The notes below the pieces were generated by a model, which was not told the DNA's origin, ran no database searches, and was given only the letters and a program-made list of their open reading frames with translations. A DNA stretch of 64,000 bases from a bacterium (GTDB taxonomy: Bacteria; Cyanobacteriota; Vampirovibrionia; Gastranaerophilales; Gastranaerophilaceae): assembly GCA_017467605.1 (NCBI GenBank), contig JAFUSQ010000026.1:1976-65975 (forward strand), written 5' to 3'. Below, piece after piece: positions 36,436 to 45,876 of this stretch (its first letter is position 1; each line of letters starts with the position of its first letter). A program made the position numbers and the translations under genes.

Positions 36436-36582
36436 TTGTTATATTGCTCATTGTTATCACCCCCTTCCACCTTTTGCAACTTTACAGGTCGTTGTGTGCC
36501 GGAGGTTTTCGTTGTCCTGCCAATATTATTTTAAATATATTTATATTTGATTATATCTTATAAAAGATTATTTGTTCATTTA

Positions 36583-37293
36583 TTAAAAGTTATTACGCAG
36601 TAATTCATATATATCTAAGTTTCCGCCGTGTCTGCCGATACCGTTTTGGGTTACATCAACGCTGAATGCTCCGAGTTCTATTGCTTTAAGAGTGTTTTCA
36701 AGTGCCATGTTTATTTGGTTATGTCCATGAAAACTTAATTTTTCATAACCTAATGATTTTAATTTATTATAATATTTTTCAATATCTTGAGGGTAAAGAG
36801 TTCCGTAACTGTCTGCAAAATAAAGGCTTTCAAGAATATTTTTATATTCCCAGTTATATAAATCAATATAACCTTTTGTATCTATATTTGAAACGTCCAT
36901 TAATTGTATAAAAATTTTATAACCCTTTTGTTGCAAATCTTTTGCAATATCAAGAGTTTGACCAATTTTGTCAGGGTGGCAGGCTATTCTTACAAAATCA
37001 ATAAAGTCTTTTGCTCTCCCCGGGAAAATGTCTGCACTGTATCTGGTAGTGTCAGTCATAACGCCAATTTCCAAATTCTCTTTAATATTATAAAATTTTT
37101 CTAAAAATTTCGGACTGCAATTGTAGAAATTACCTTTTCCCTCCGTATCCAGATGATTTCGATAGCCTATTTCATAATAATCAATTGCAAATTTATTCAA
37201 TTTTTTAATAACTTCAAATACGTAAGTTTCTTCAAAATTCCAATTTGTATTATGCCCGCCATCTCTTGTTGTGCAGTCTAAAATCTTTACCAT
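36583..37293 (-). CDS. HMGL-like / DRE-TIM aldolase-type barrel protein (short)
   Basis: The N-terminus ILDCTTRDGGH resembles the pyruvate carboxyltransferase (HMGL-like) signature. 236 aa. Confidence 0.6.
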   Translation of the reverse strand: MVKILDCTTRDGGHNTNWNFEETYVFEVIKKLNKFAIDYYEIGYRNHLDTEGKGNFYNCSPKFLEKFYNIKENLEIGVMTDTTRYSADIFPGRAKDFIDFVRIACHPDKIGQTLDIAKDLQQKGYKIFIQLMDVSNIDTKGYIDLYNWEYKNILESLYFADSYGTLYPQDIEKYYNKLKSLGYEKLSFHGHNQINMALENTLKAIELGAFSVDVTQNGIGRHGGNLDIYELLRNNF

Positions 37294-37386
37294 ACCAGCA
37301 TTTTACCACAAGAATAATTACTTGGTATAAATTGGTTTTGCCATGGCGGGTAATTTATTTTAAATAATAAGAGTTTTAAATTTGAT

Positions 37387-38268
37387 ATGTCAAAGAGGAG
37401 TTACGAAATTATGAAAACAACTATTTACCAATCAGAAGTTATAAATATGAAAGCGTTAAATAATTTATTTATTGAAATGACTGCAAAAAATTGTAATCAG
37501 CATTGTAAACATTGTTATATTGATTTCCCGAAGTATAAAAAAGAAGTTGATTTTATAGATGTGGATATAATTAAACAGGCATTGAATGATACAATGAAAG
37601 ATGATATTCATTGCATTTACTTAACCGGTGCTGAACCTATGACTCACCCTGATTTCAATGCTATTTTAAGATTATGTTTAAGACGTTGTGATGTATGTAT
37701 CTGTACAAACGGTTCTTTTATAAATGAAAAAAAAGCAAGATTTTTGAAAAAAGTTGAAGAAGAATCTACAAATGAGATTATTTTTAAAATAAGTATTGAT
37801 CATTATGATGAAGTTAAAAATGATGATATAAGATATCGCGGTGCATATCGTCAAGCGGTTTTTGCCGTTAAACATTTGATAAAATACAGTTTTAATCCGA
37901 TTATTACTGTAACTAATTATTATAATTTACCGGAAAAGGAAATATATGAAGGGTTTAAGGAAATTTTTGCAAGAAACAATTTTGAAATAGAAAAATCAAA
38001 TTTACAAATTATTCCATGGCATGATAAAAATTCAAAGATAGAAAGTGAAATTTGTAATAATGATTGTTATCCTGATTGTGCAAGCGGTAGAATTTTAACC
38101 TCAAGCGGAGTTTATGCTTGTCCGTTTTTGGCTAATGATTACAGAGGTCGCTGCGGAAGTACTTTTTTGGATTACAACAAAAAATGCTTGTTAGAAACAA
38201 ATTTTTGCAACACTTGTATTAAATCAAAATCTCCATTGTTTTCAGTTGATTTTTCAAAATTTGTATAA
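37387..38268 (+). CDS. Radical SAM protein with a Cys-rich (SPASM/twitch-like) C-terminus
   Basis: CNQHCKHCY is the CxxxCxxC motif. C-terminal cysteines are CASGR...CPFL...CNTC. Confidence 0.8.
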   Translation: MSKRSYEIMKTTIYQSEVINMKALNNLFIEMTAKNCNQHCKHCYIDFPKYKKEVDFIDVDIIKQALNDTMKDDIHCIYLTGAEPMTHPDFNAILRLCLRRCDVCICTNGSFINEKKARFLKKVEEESTNEIIFKISIDHYDEVKNDDIRYRGAYRQAVFAVKHLIKYSFNPIITVTNYYNLPEKEIYEGFKEIFARNNFEIEKSNLQIIPWHDKNSKIESEICNNDCYPDCASGRILTSSGVYACPFLANDYRGRCGSTFLDYNKKCLLETNFCNTCIKSKSPLFSVDFSKFV

Positions 38269-38271
38269 AAT

Positions 38272-38298
38272 AAAACCCTCTCTTTTGAGAGGGTTTTT
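38272..38298. terminator. Bidirectional terminator
   Basis: aaaaccctctc-tttt-gagagggttttt. Confidence 0.8.
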
Positions 38299-38301
38299 AT
38301 T

Positions 38302-38889
38302 TTATTTTTTAGCATATAATTTAACTTTGAAATTGATAAGTAAAACTCGTTTGTTCTTTTTATATGGAACAATTTCTGCGGATTGAATATCAAGAAAATG
38401 TTCGTGTTTATATAATTCTTTTAAGAAATTATCATAATTTCCGTAATTTGCAATCATTTCCATATTCAATCTTGCAACATTGTATTTGTCACCTGCACCT
38501 TGAACAAAAGCATCATCTTGAGGGTCATAATCATATTTAATTGATCTTACTTTGATTTTATTAACCCTTACCAATTGAAGAATTTCTGCAAATTCACCTG
38601 CAATAACAGCTTCTGTATCCATACCTGACATTACGGGTTTGTAGAAAGGTTTGCCGCTTTGAACATTAGCTTTTTCCATAGCTTTTTCTTCTTGTTCTTT
38701 TCTTTTGTATTCTTCAAGCTTGGCTTGTTTTTCTTTTATAGTAGTATTTTTGGTTTCAATTTCAGCTTTTACGCTTGTATAACCCTGAAAGTTTTCAACA
38801 ACTTTAGGAGCTAACATAACAACCCCTGCAATTGTTAATACTACTAAAAATATAGGTATAATAAACTGTTTTAATTTATCGCTATCCAT
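38302..38889 (-). CDS. PilO-like type IV pilus assembly protein (inferred)
   Basis: 195 aa with an N-terminal TM segment (IIPIFLVVLTIAGVVMLAP) followed by a coiled coil. Lies immediately downstream of the PilM/N-like ORF. Confidence 0.45.
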   Translation of the reverse strand: MDSDKLKQFIIPIFLVVLTIAGVVMLAPKVVENFQGYTSVKAEIETKNTTIKEKQAKLEEYKRKEQEEKAMEKANVQSGKPFYKPVMSGMDTEAVIAGEFAEILQLVRVNKIKVRSIKYDYDPQDDAFVQGAGDKYNVARLNMEMIANYGNYDNFLKELYKHEHFLDIQSAEIVPYKKNKRVLLINFKVKLYAKK

Positions 38890-38905
38890 TTTTTATCCTT
38901 TTATA

Positions 38906-40615
38906 TTATTCTGCTTCTTCTGTTGTTTGAGCTTGTTGAGCAGGCTCATTTGCAGCTGATGTATTATTATCAGCATTTGCATTATTATCTTTATTTTCAG
39001 GTTTCGGATCAGGTTTTCCTGCTAATCTGTTCATAAATGATTTCAATTCACTTTCGTCCATGTTTGTAATTTCAAATACATATGGAGCTGAATCAATAGT
39101 TGAAGCAGTACTGTTGACAACATTATCCAATGAACCTGCTTTTAAATCTAATTTGCTTAAGCGCAATTTTGATTCAAGAAGTGAATCTTTCAAGTTTTTG
39201 AAGAATACATAAACATCTTCTACAGAATCAGCACAACCTTTAATATTAATTTTACCGTTGTCACCTGTTAAGAAATATGTCAAATACAAATTCTTAGGAA
39301 TTGATTCACCTAATGCGGCATACGCCATAATTTTAACTCTGTTGTTTTTCAAAACATTTTCAATTTCTGCATTAGGATCAAATTCTGTTTTGCCTGAAGT
39401 TTTTTCGTATGCTTTTAATTGTTCATCAAGTTGAGTAATTTGATTATCGAGCTCTGAACTTTGACTTTGTGCTGAAGATAGCATTCCTTGAGTCATAAAG
39501 TATGCAATACCGATTGGAGTCATAATAAGAGCAAGTAATATTATCATAATAATAGTTGCTTTTAATGGTGTTAATTCAAATACGCTATTACCAATCGGAA
39601 TTTCAATGACTGCAACTTGAGGTTTTGCCTTACCGTTTTCTGCAAGGAAATTAACATCAACAGGCATTAATCCTGCCGGAGTCATTGTACCTATAGCATG
39701 TAAAGAAACTTTTATTTGATCATCTGATAAGATGTTCAAACTCATTTCCATTAAAGGTTCTTTTTTAAATTGGTTATCTTCAACAAATAAAGTATTTCCC
39801 GCAAATTGTAAACGACCTGCAAGAATTTCTGCTGAAGCCAAATCTGTTTCAGATAATATAATTAATGAACTTGAAGGAGTACTCATCAGAGCAATTTGAG
39901 CAGCATTTTCAATAGCGGCATAGATTTCTTCTCCTTCATAAGATTTAATCGGTAAAGGTTCTTCATAATATTCAAGAATTTTTTTACCTTGAAGGTTCAA
40001 CATTTGGAAGCCTGTGTTGTTAACAATCATCAAGCTCCAAGAGTTTCCTTCCTGCATTTGCTGAGAAGCAATACCCGTAACTTGTAAAGCTTTTAAATCT
40101 GCAAACAATGAGCATTCAACACTTACTAAAGTTGCACCCATTGAACTTAAAATACTTCTGATTTGTTCAACTGCATCAGCTTGAATTGCTGTATAAAATA
40201 CGCTTCTTGAATCTGAATTTTGTGAGACTAAATTATCAAACCAGAAAGGTAACGGTTCTTTACGTTTGAAAATATAAGTTTGTTCAAGTTCTCCGACTAC
40301 AATATTTGTAACAGAACTTTCATCTAGCAATAAAGGAATACCTTCTTTTGAGCCGAACCAAACAGTTGGAACACTCAAATGAACGTTAGCCTTTGCAGGG
40401 TTGATGTTGCGCATTTGGAATACTTCTTCCAATGCATTTCTAAAAGCATCATAGCTTGCAATTTCTCTTTGAGCTTCGTTATACGCTAAATCGGTTTGTG
40501 CATAAGACTTGATATTTCCGTATTTATCAAGTTCAATCATTTCCAAACCGCTTGTTTGCGATACAGAGATGTATACGTCTATTCCCCCGCCCATTCCAAA
40601 TAAATTATTTAACAT
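38906..40615 (-). CDS. PilM-PilN-like fusion protein (inferred)
   Basis: 569 aa. The N-terminal part of about 340 aa starts with an actin-fold-like GIDVYISVSQTSGLEMIEL. It is followed by a single TM segment (IIMIILLALIMTPIGIAYF), a coiled coil and an acidic tail. Confidence 0.45.
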   Translation of the reverse strand: MLNNLFGMGGGIDVYISVSQTSGLEMIELDKYGNIKSYAQTDLAYNEAQREIASYDAFRNALEEVFQMRNINPAKANVHLSVPTVWFGSKEGIPLLLDESSVTNIVVGELEQTYIFKRKEPLPFWFDNLVSQNSDSRSVFYTAIQADAVEQIRSILSSMGATLVSVECSLFADLKALQVTGIASQQMQEGNSWSLMIVNNTGFQMLNLQGKKILEYYEEPLPIKSYEGEEIYAAIENAAQIALMSTPSSSLIILSETDLASAEILAGRLQFAGNTLFVEDNQFKKEPLMEMSLNILSDDQIKVSLHAIGTMTPAGLMPVDVNFLAENGKAKPQVAVIEIPIGNSVFELTPLKATIIMIILLALIMTPIGIAYFMTQGMLSSAQSQSSELDNQITQLDEQLKAYEKTSGKTEFDPNAEIENVLKNNRVKIMAYAALGESIPKNLYLTYFLTGDNGKINIKGCADSVEDVYVFFKNLKDSLLESKLRLSKLDLKAGSLDNVVNSTASTIDSAPYVFEITNMDESELKSFMNRLAGKPDPKPENKDNNANADNNTSAANEPAQQAQTTEEAE

Positions 40616-40726
40616 ATCTACCTTTTTACTCTTCTTACTATTATCTTATTTTTATTATACAATATATTTTATAAATGGAAAAATCTTAACATAAATTTAC
40701 ACCATACGGAGGATAAAGTATTTAAA

Positions 40727-41635
40727 ATGTACGATATAGTCGAAAATATTAATAGATTAAAGCGAGAGAAAAAGGCGGTAATACTTGCACATTGTTATCA
40801 ACCTGTAGAGATTGATTTAGTTGCGGATTATGTTGGAGATTCTTTATATTTAAGTCAGGTTGCTTCAAAAACTGATGCAGAAATTATAGTATTTGCCGGA
40901 GTATATTTTATGGCGCAAACTGCAAAGATTTTATCTCCAAATAAAAAGGTTCTTTTACCCCAAATAGAAGCAGGCTGCAGAATGGCTGATATGATAAATT
41001 ACAGACAACTTATGGAGTTTAAAGCTAAAAATCCTGATACTCCTATTGTTTGTTATGTAAATTCAACCGCTGAAGTAAAATCAGAATGTGATTTATGTGT
41101 TACAAGTTCTAATGCGGTTCAAGTTGTAAAAAGTATAGGAGCAAAAAAGATATTGTTTGTTCCTGATACTTATTTAGGCAAATGGGTTGAAAAACAGTTA
41201 GGGAATGTTGAGATAATTACATACCCCGGATTTTGTCCTACACATTTACAAATAAGACCTGATGATATTAACCAAGCAAAAGCTCAGTACCCTGATGCTC
41301 TTGTTCTTGCTCACCCGGAATGTCATATGTCTGTTTCTGAAATAGCAGATTATGTAGGCAGTACTACGGGTATTATGAAATTTGCCAAGGAAAGTAAAAA
41401 TAAATCGTTTATTATTGCGACAGAGCAGGGTGTTATTGACAGATTAAAACGTGATTATCCGGAAAAAGAGTTTATTCCTGTGAAAAATGACATAATTTGT
41501 CCAAATATGAAAATGACTTCACTTGAAGATATTTTAAATGTCTTGGAAAATGAAACAAATGAAATTTTTGTAGATGAAGAAATTGCAAAAAAAGCTGTTA
41601 AATGCATTAATGCAATGTTGGAGGTTTCAGTTTAA
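40727..41635 (+). CDS. nadA: Quinolinate synthase
   Basis: 302 aa with typical NadA blocks (ILAHCYQ, GDSLYLS, VCYVNS, PECH). Confidence 0.9.
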   Translation: MYDIVENINRLKREKKAVILAHCYQPVEIDLVADYVGDSLYLSQVASKTDAEIIVFAGVYFMAQTAKILSPNKKVLLPQIEAGCRMADMINYRQLMEFKAKNPDTPIVCYVNSTAEVKSECDLCVTSSNAVQVVKSIGAKKILFVPDTYLGKWVEKQLGNVEIITYPGFCPTHLQIRPDDINQAKAQYPDALVLAHPECHMSVSEIADYVGSTTGIMKFAKESKNKSFIIATEQGVIDRLKRDYPEKEFIPVKNDIICPNMKMTSLEDILNVLENETNEIFVDEEIAKKAVKCINAMLEVSV

Positions 41636-41637
41636 GT

Positions 41638-42384
41638 ATGGAAAATAATTCGGACATTATTTACGGTAAAAATTCTGTAATGGAAGCATTAATTGCCGGA
41701 AATAGAGAAATAAATAAAATTTTGATTTCAAAAAATATTCACACAGATGTAAAAATCAGTAAAATTAAAGAATTAGCCCAAGAAAAAGGTATAGTTTTTC
41801 AATTTGTGGGGAAAGAGAAATTTCAGCCCTATGCGGAATTTAATCATCAGGGTATAATTGCTCAAATTTCTCCAATAAAGTATTTAGAATTGGACGAATT
41901 TATTGAAAATTCCGACATTAGTTTTCGTTCACTTGTAATATTAGACGGAATTGAAGATTCACACAACCTCGGTGCTATAATTAGAACCTGTGTTTGTGCA
42001 GGAATTGATGGGATAATCATTCCGTCTCGCAGAAATGTTCAAGTGAATTCAATTGTTGAAAAAACAAGTGCAGGGGCAATAAATCATATCCCGATTATTA
42101 AAGTAAACAGCTTAGTTAATGCCGTACAAAAATTGAAAGAAAATAATTGGTGGATTGTTGCGACTGATGCCTCCGCAAAAGACAACTACTATGATGTTAA
42201 ATATAATGATATGAATTTTGCAATTATTATGGGAGCTGAACATGCAGGAGTTTCAAAATCTTTGCTTAAAGCTTCTGATTTTGTGGTAAAAATTCCAATG
42301 CAGAATAATTTTAATTCTTTGAATGTGTCAAATGCCCTTTCAGCTATTGTATTTGAGGCTTTAAGACAAAAGTTAAAAAATTAA
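41638..42384 (+). CDS. rlmB: SpoU/TrmH-family 23S rRNA 2'-O-methyltransferase (RlmB-like)
   Basis: 248 aa; IYGKNSVMEAL substrate-binding N-terminal domain plus SpoU motifs (LDGIEDSHNLGAIIRT, GAEHAGVS, SLNVSNA). Confidence 0.8.
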   Translation: MENNSDIIYGKNSVMEALIAGNREINKILISKNIHTDVKISKIKELAQEKGIVFQFVGKEKFQPYAEFNHQGIIAQISPIKYLELDEFIENSDISFRSLVILDGIEDSHNLGAIIRTCVCAGIDGIIIPSRRNVQVNSIVEKTSAGAINHIPIIKVNSLVNAVQKLKENNWWIVATDASAKDNYYDVKYNDMNFAIIMGAEHAGVSKSLLKASDFVVKIPMQNNFNSLNVSNALSAIVFEALRQKLKN

Positions 42385-42456
42385 ATTGATATAAAATACC
42401 CCCCAACCGTATGACCTCAAAAAATTTTCTTGGATATATCATAGTTATGTATAAGA

Positions 42457-43482
42457 TTGGAGCATATTGTGAAGAAAGAATTTGAGAAATTCGGGATATT
42501 AACTGACGATATATCTGATGAGAATGTTGATTTTAATAAATTACAAAATGATAATCAAGATGAAGATGACGGGGAAGATGTTCTAAAATCCGTTGAAGAT
42601 CCTAAAGTTCAAGAAAGCTTGTTATCAGTGAATTCTGATGATAGCGTAAAAATATATCTAAGGCAAATAGGAAAAATCCCGCTTTTATCAACAGAAGAAG
42701 AATTAGAACTTGCAAAAAAAATTCAAGAAGAACATGATGAATTTTCCAAAGATTTACTGGTAAATGCTAATTTGAGACTTGTTGTCAGTATTGCAAAAAA
42801 ATACATAGGACGCGGATTATCTTTTCTTGATTTAATTCAGGAAGGAAACGTCGGGTTAATCAAGGCAGCAGGCAGATTTGACTATAAAAAAGGTTATAAG
42901 TTTTCAACATATGCTACATGGTGGATTCAACAATCAATAACAAGAGCAATTGCAGATAAAGCGAGAATTATAAGACTTCCTATTCATATGATTGATTCAA
43001 TCGGAAAAATAAGACGTGCGACTTTGGATTTAACAACTGAATTAGGACACCCGCCAACAAAACAGGAAATTGCATATAGATTGGGCCTGCCTGTATCAAA
43101 ATTAACATCAATAATTAAATCTGCTCAATCAACAGTAAGTATGGATACTCCTGCAACATCTGATGAAGATTCATCAAAAATTGCAGATTTTATTGTGGAT
43201 AATTCTACTATAACACCTGATGGAAAAGTAACACACGACAGCCTTTTAGAAGATATTAGAAAAATTTTAAATCAATTAAGCCAGAAAGAAAGAGATGTTT
43301 TAATACTTCGTTATGGGTTGGATAACAACGGTGTTAAAAAAACATTAGATGAAATAGGTTCACAATACGGAGTTTCACGCGAACGTATCAGACAAATCGA
43401 AAATCGTGCGATATCAAAATTGAAAAAACTTTGTAAAAATGAAAAACTTCATGACGGTTTGGTAAATTATTTCGGTAGCTAG
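42457..43482 (+). CDS. Sigma-70 family RNA polymerase sigma factor (group 2-like)
   Basis: Regions 1.2 to 4 are present ([59 protein letters not shown]). The start codon is uncertain (TTG ORF start). Confidence 0.88.
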   Translation: MEHIVKKEFEKFGILTDDISDENVDFNKLQNDNQDEDDGEDVLKSVEDPKVQESLLSVNSDDSVKIYLRQIGKIPLLSTEEELELAKKIQEEHDEFSKDLLVNANLRLVVSIAKKYIGRGLSFLDLIQEGNVGLIKAAGRFDYKKGYKFSTYATWWIQQSITRAIADKARIIRLPIHMIDSIGKIRRATLDLTTELGHPPTKQEIAYRLGLPVSKLTSIIKSAQSTVSMDTPATSDEDSSKIADFIVDNSTITPDGKVTHDSLLEDIRKILNQLSQKERDVLILRYGLDNNGVKKTLDEIGSQYGVSRERIRQIENRAISKLKKLCKNEKLHDGLVNYFGS

Positions 43483-43559
43483 ATTATTGCCGGCATGTTG
43501 ATTTTATTTAGTCGTGAGTGGTGAATTGACTGTTATGGTTATTATTAAAGTGAATAAGT

Positions 43560-44160
43560 GATTAAGTTCTTTACGGTTATTAATCTCTCCGTCATTGCGA
43601 GGGAGGAACGACCGAAGCAATCCAGACAGAATTGTGCAAGTGTTTCTGGATTGCTGCGCTCCCGTTGGTCGCTCGCAATGACATTAATTTTCTTATTGCC
43701 GGATTGGTAAATCTGACCTACATAACTTTGAACAATATTGCGATTTTTTGGGCTTCGCCCTCAGAATGCCCCCTCACTCGTCCTCCGGGCACCCTCTCCC
43801 GCCGGTGTAAACCTCGCAAAGCTCGTTAACACCGTACTCCCTGCGACTCGCTAACGCTCCCTGCACGCAGTCTCACTCAAAATTTTTGTCATTCAAACTG
43901 ACATCGTAGATGTCACCCTGAACTTGATTCAGGGTCTAATTCAGAATCTTCAAAAATTTTGGTTCGGCTAGTGTCTCCAAATGGGAGAGGTTTCGGAAAT
44001 TAAAATTTGTAACTTTCCCTCGCCCACAATATCAATTTAGTGGGAGAGGGTGGTTGAGCGAAGCGAAACCGGGTGAGGGAATGGGTGAGCGGACGAACAA
44101 TGAAATAGTAACAATGCCCTCCCACATGGGGCGAGGGTACTATTACCCAAAAATCACCTT
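43560..44160. repeat. Cluster of several REP-like families, non-coding
   Basis: Imperfect palindrome of about 90 nt, gtcattgcgag...ctcgcaatgac, at 43591-43682. caccctgaacttgattcagggt lies at about 43915-43936. ccctc/gaggg-type hairpins lie at 43985-44150. All families have copies elsewhere, for example at 60040-60300 and 52920-53215. Confidence 0.8.
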
Positions 44161-44255
44161 CTAAGTTACTTACCTACTTATTTCAATAATATCCGTAACG
44201 AATTATTCACTGCTAACAACTCACAATCCAAAAGCAATTGTAAAGAATTGTAAAT

Positions 44256-44414
44256 ACGTATTTAAAATAGTTAAAACCCTGATATAATGCTCTATATGAT
44301 ATGATATGATATGATGTAGTGCACTTATATCAATTAATTTCCAAAAAATGTTTTTACATGAATATAAGCGCAAGGTGCTTAAGAGACAGAGTAAAAACAC
44401 GAAAGGAGATTACT
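44256..44414 (+). promoter_or_regulatory. Conserved promoter module, copy 3 (TATAAT 44283-44288; (ATATG)x4 44294-44313) plus a conserved leader
   Basis: Near-identical to 11986-12143. Confidence 0.55.
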
Positions 44415-45002
44415 ATGGGTATTGAATTTGATTCTAATTTAAGTTTACAAGGTTTACGGGGTAATGGAAAAACGTCAAAAAGTGTTAAGTTTAAAACACA
44501 AGAGTTTAACATGGCAGAAGCGGTGAAAAATTTAAATCGTTCTACAAATTCAAATGATATTAATCAAATAGTTTATGATGATAAAACGCTCGGAAGCTTG
44601 TTAGATAAATTTGTGGGCAAAGATGAAACTGCAAAATCAGCTAAAAAAGAAGAAGATTACAAACCAGCGATGCCTCGTACTGATGAGGAAAAAGAACAAG
44701 AAAGAGTTGAAACACAAAAAGACTTTGAGGCTGGAAAAGCAAGACACAGAGATGCCCAAAAGAAATTAGATGGTTGCCGAGCTTCAAATGGTATGACATA
44801 CAAGGAAGCCAGAACAATATATAATCAAATGAGAGAAAAATATACCGATAAAAAGACAGGGAAATTTGATGAATTTGATATGTCTAATAAAGAATATGAG
44901 GTATATCAACGAGCAATAAATGCTATGAAAGAAATTGAAAGAAATAATAGTTCATTAGTGGAAGAAGCGGCTGGCAAATCTTCATGGATTTATAGTATGT
45001 AA
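44415..45002 (+). CDS. Hypothetical charged protein, MGIEF family (paralogue of 12144-12665)
   Basis: Same SD and start context as 12144 (aaaggagattactATGGGTATTGAATTT). Shared blocks ASNGMTYKEA and EIERNNS. Confidence 0.75.
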   Translation: MGIEFDSNLSLQGLRGNGKTSKSVKFKTQEFNMAEAVKNLNRSTNSNDINQIVYDDKTLGSLLDKFVGKDETAKSAKKEEDYKPAMPRTDEEKEQERVETQKDFEAGKARHRDAQKKLDGCRASNGMTYKEARTIYNQMREKYTDKKTGKFDEFDMSNKEYEVYQRAINAMKEIERNNSSLVEEAAGKSSWIYSM

Positions 45003-45099
45003 GTCGTGCTTTCAGTCAAAAACCAAACTTATTTTCAACAAAAAGCCATAAATATTTATTTATGGCTTAAAACTTTATTATGTATGTGTCTGGTAGTCG

Positions 45100-45318
45100 T
45101 TACTCTCTGGCAAGTGAATTCCTGTTAAAATGAATTAATCTTGCCAATTGCCATTGTTTGGCTTGTATTTCTTGAATACGGTCTTTGATTGTATCCAATT
45201 CTTTTAAAAGTGTTTGCAAATCCTTGTTCTGCCTTTGAAAAACAGGAGAAGTGTTTTCACTTTCTTCTGTCCAAGAAGGTAAGAAACAACCCTTTTCAAA
45301 CATTTCTCTTTCGTTCAT
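45100..45318 (-). CDS. Hypothetical small coiled-coil protein
   Basis: ATG at 45318 has ggag 9 nt upstream. 72 aa. Lies immediately downstream of ORF 45346-45555. Confidence 0.5.
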   Translation of the reverse strand: MNEREMFEKGCFLPSWTEESENTSPVFQRQNKDLQTLLKELDTIKDRIQEIQAKQWQLARLIHFNRNSLARE

Positions 45319-45345
45319 ATCACATATCTCCAAAATCAACAGCTA

Positions 45346-45555
45346 TTAACCTTGATCTGTCATTAATGCATGGAACAAATCTGATAATTTGAAATTTCCA
45401 TACTTAAATGCAACAGGTTTTTTTGCATATTCACTATTAGTGATTTTATTTAATGTGTCCATTTCTTCATTTGTCAATGATCCAAAATCAAAGCTGGTCA
45501 TTTCAGCATAATCTACCATTAAATCTTCTACGTTCATAATCTTTTTTTCTGACAT
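45346..45555 (-). CDS. Hypothetical small acidic protein
   Basis: 69-aa ORF with SD (aaggagtg) upstream of the ATG. Confidence 0.55.
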   Translation of the reverse strand: MSEKKIMNVEDLMVDYAEMTSFDFGSLTNEEMDTLNKITNSEYAKKPVAFKYGNFKLSDLFHALMTDQG

Positions 45556-45876
45556 TTTCTACACTCCTTAAAGTTTTATGATTACAGATTTAATATCGGA
45601 ATACTTTCAATTAATCTTTAAAATTTTAATCAGTTTTGTTACATAATTTTACATTTAATTTTTAACACTGGAAAAAATAGAACACATGTTTTATACTATA
45701 GTTGTAGTAGGATTTACATTCTCTTATGGAAGGCATGTATTGTGCCATCTGTTTGCAGGATTGATTTTAAAAGTATGTGAGGTAAAATTGTTTAGTAATG
45801 TAAATAATTATGACTTTATAGTCAAATAATTTTTATTACGGTATTTATAAAGTTAGTTAACTGTAGGTAGTATCTT

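Noticed and set aside
43632-43829. 65-aa ORF inside the 43.5-44.2 kb intergenic region
   Set aside because: It lies within the right arm of the gtcattgcgag/ctcgcaatgac palindrome and adjacent repeats, with no SD.
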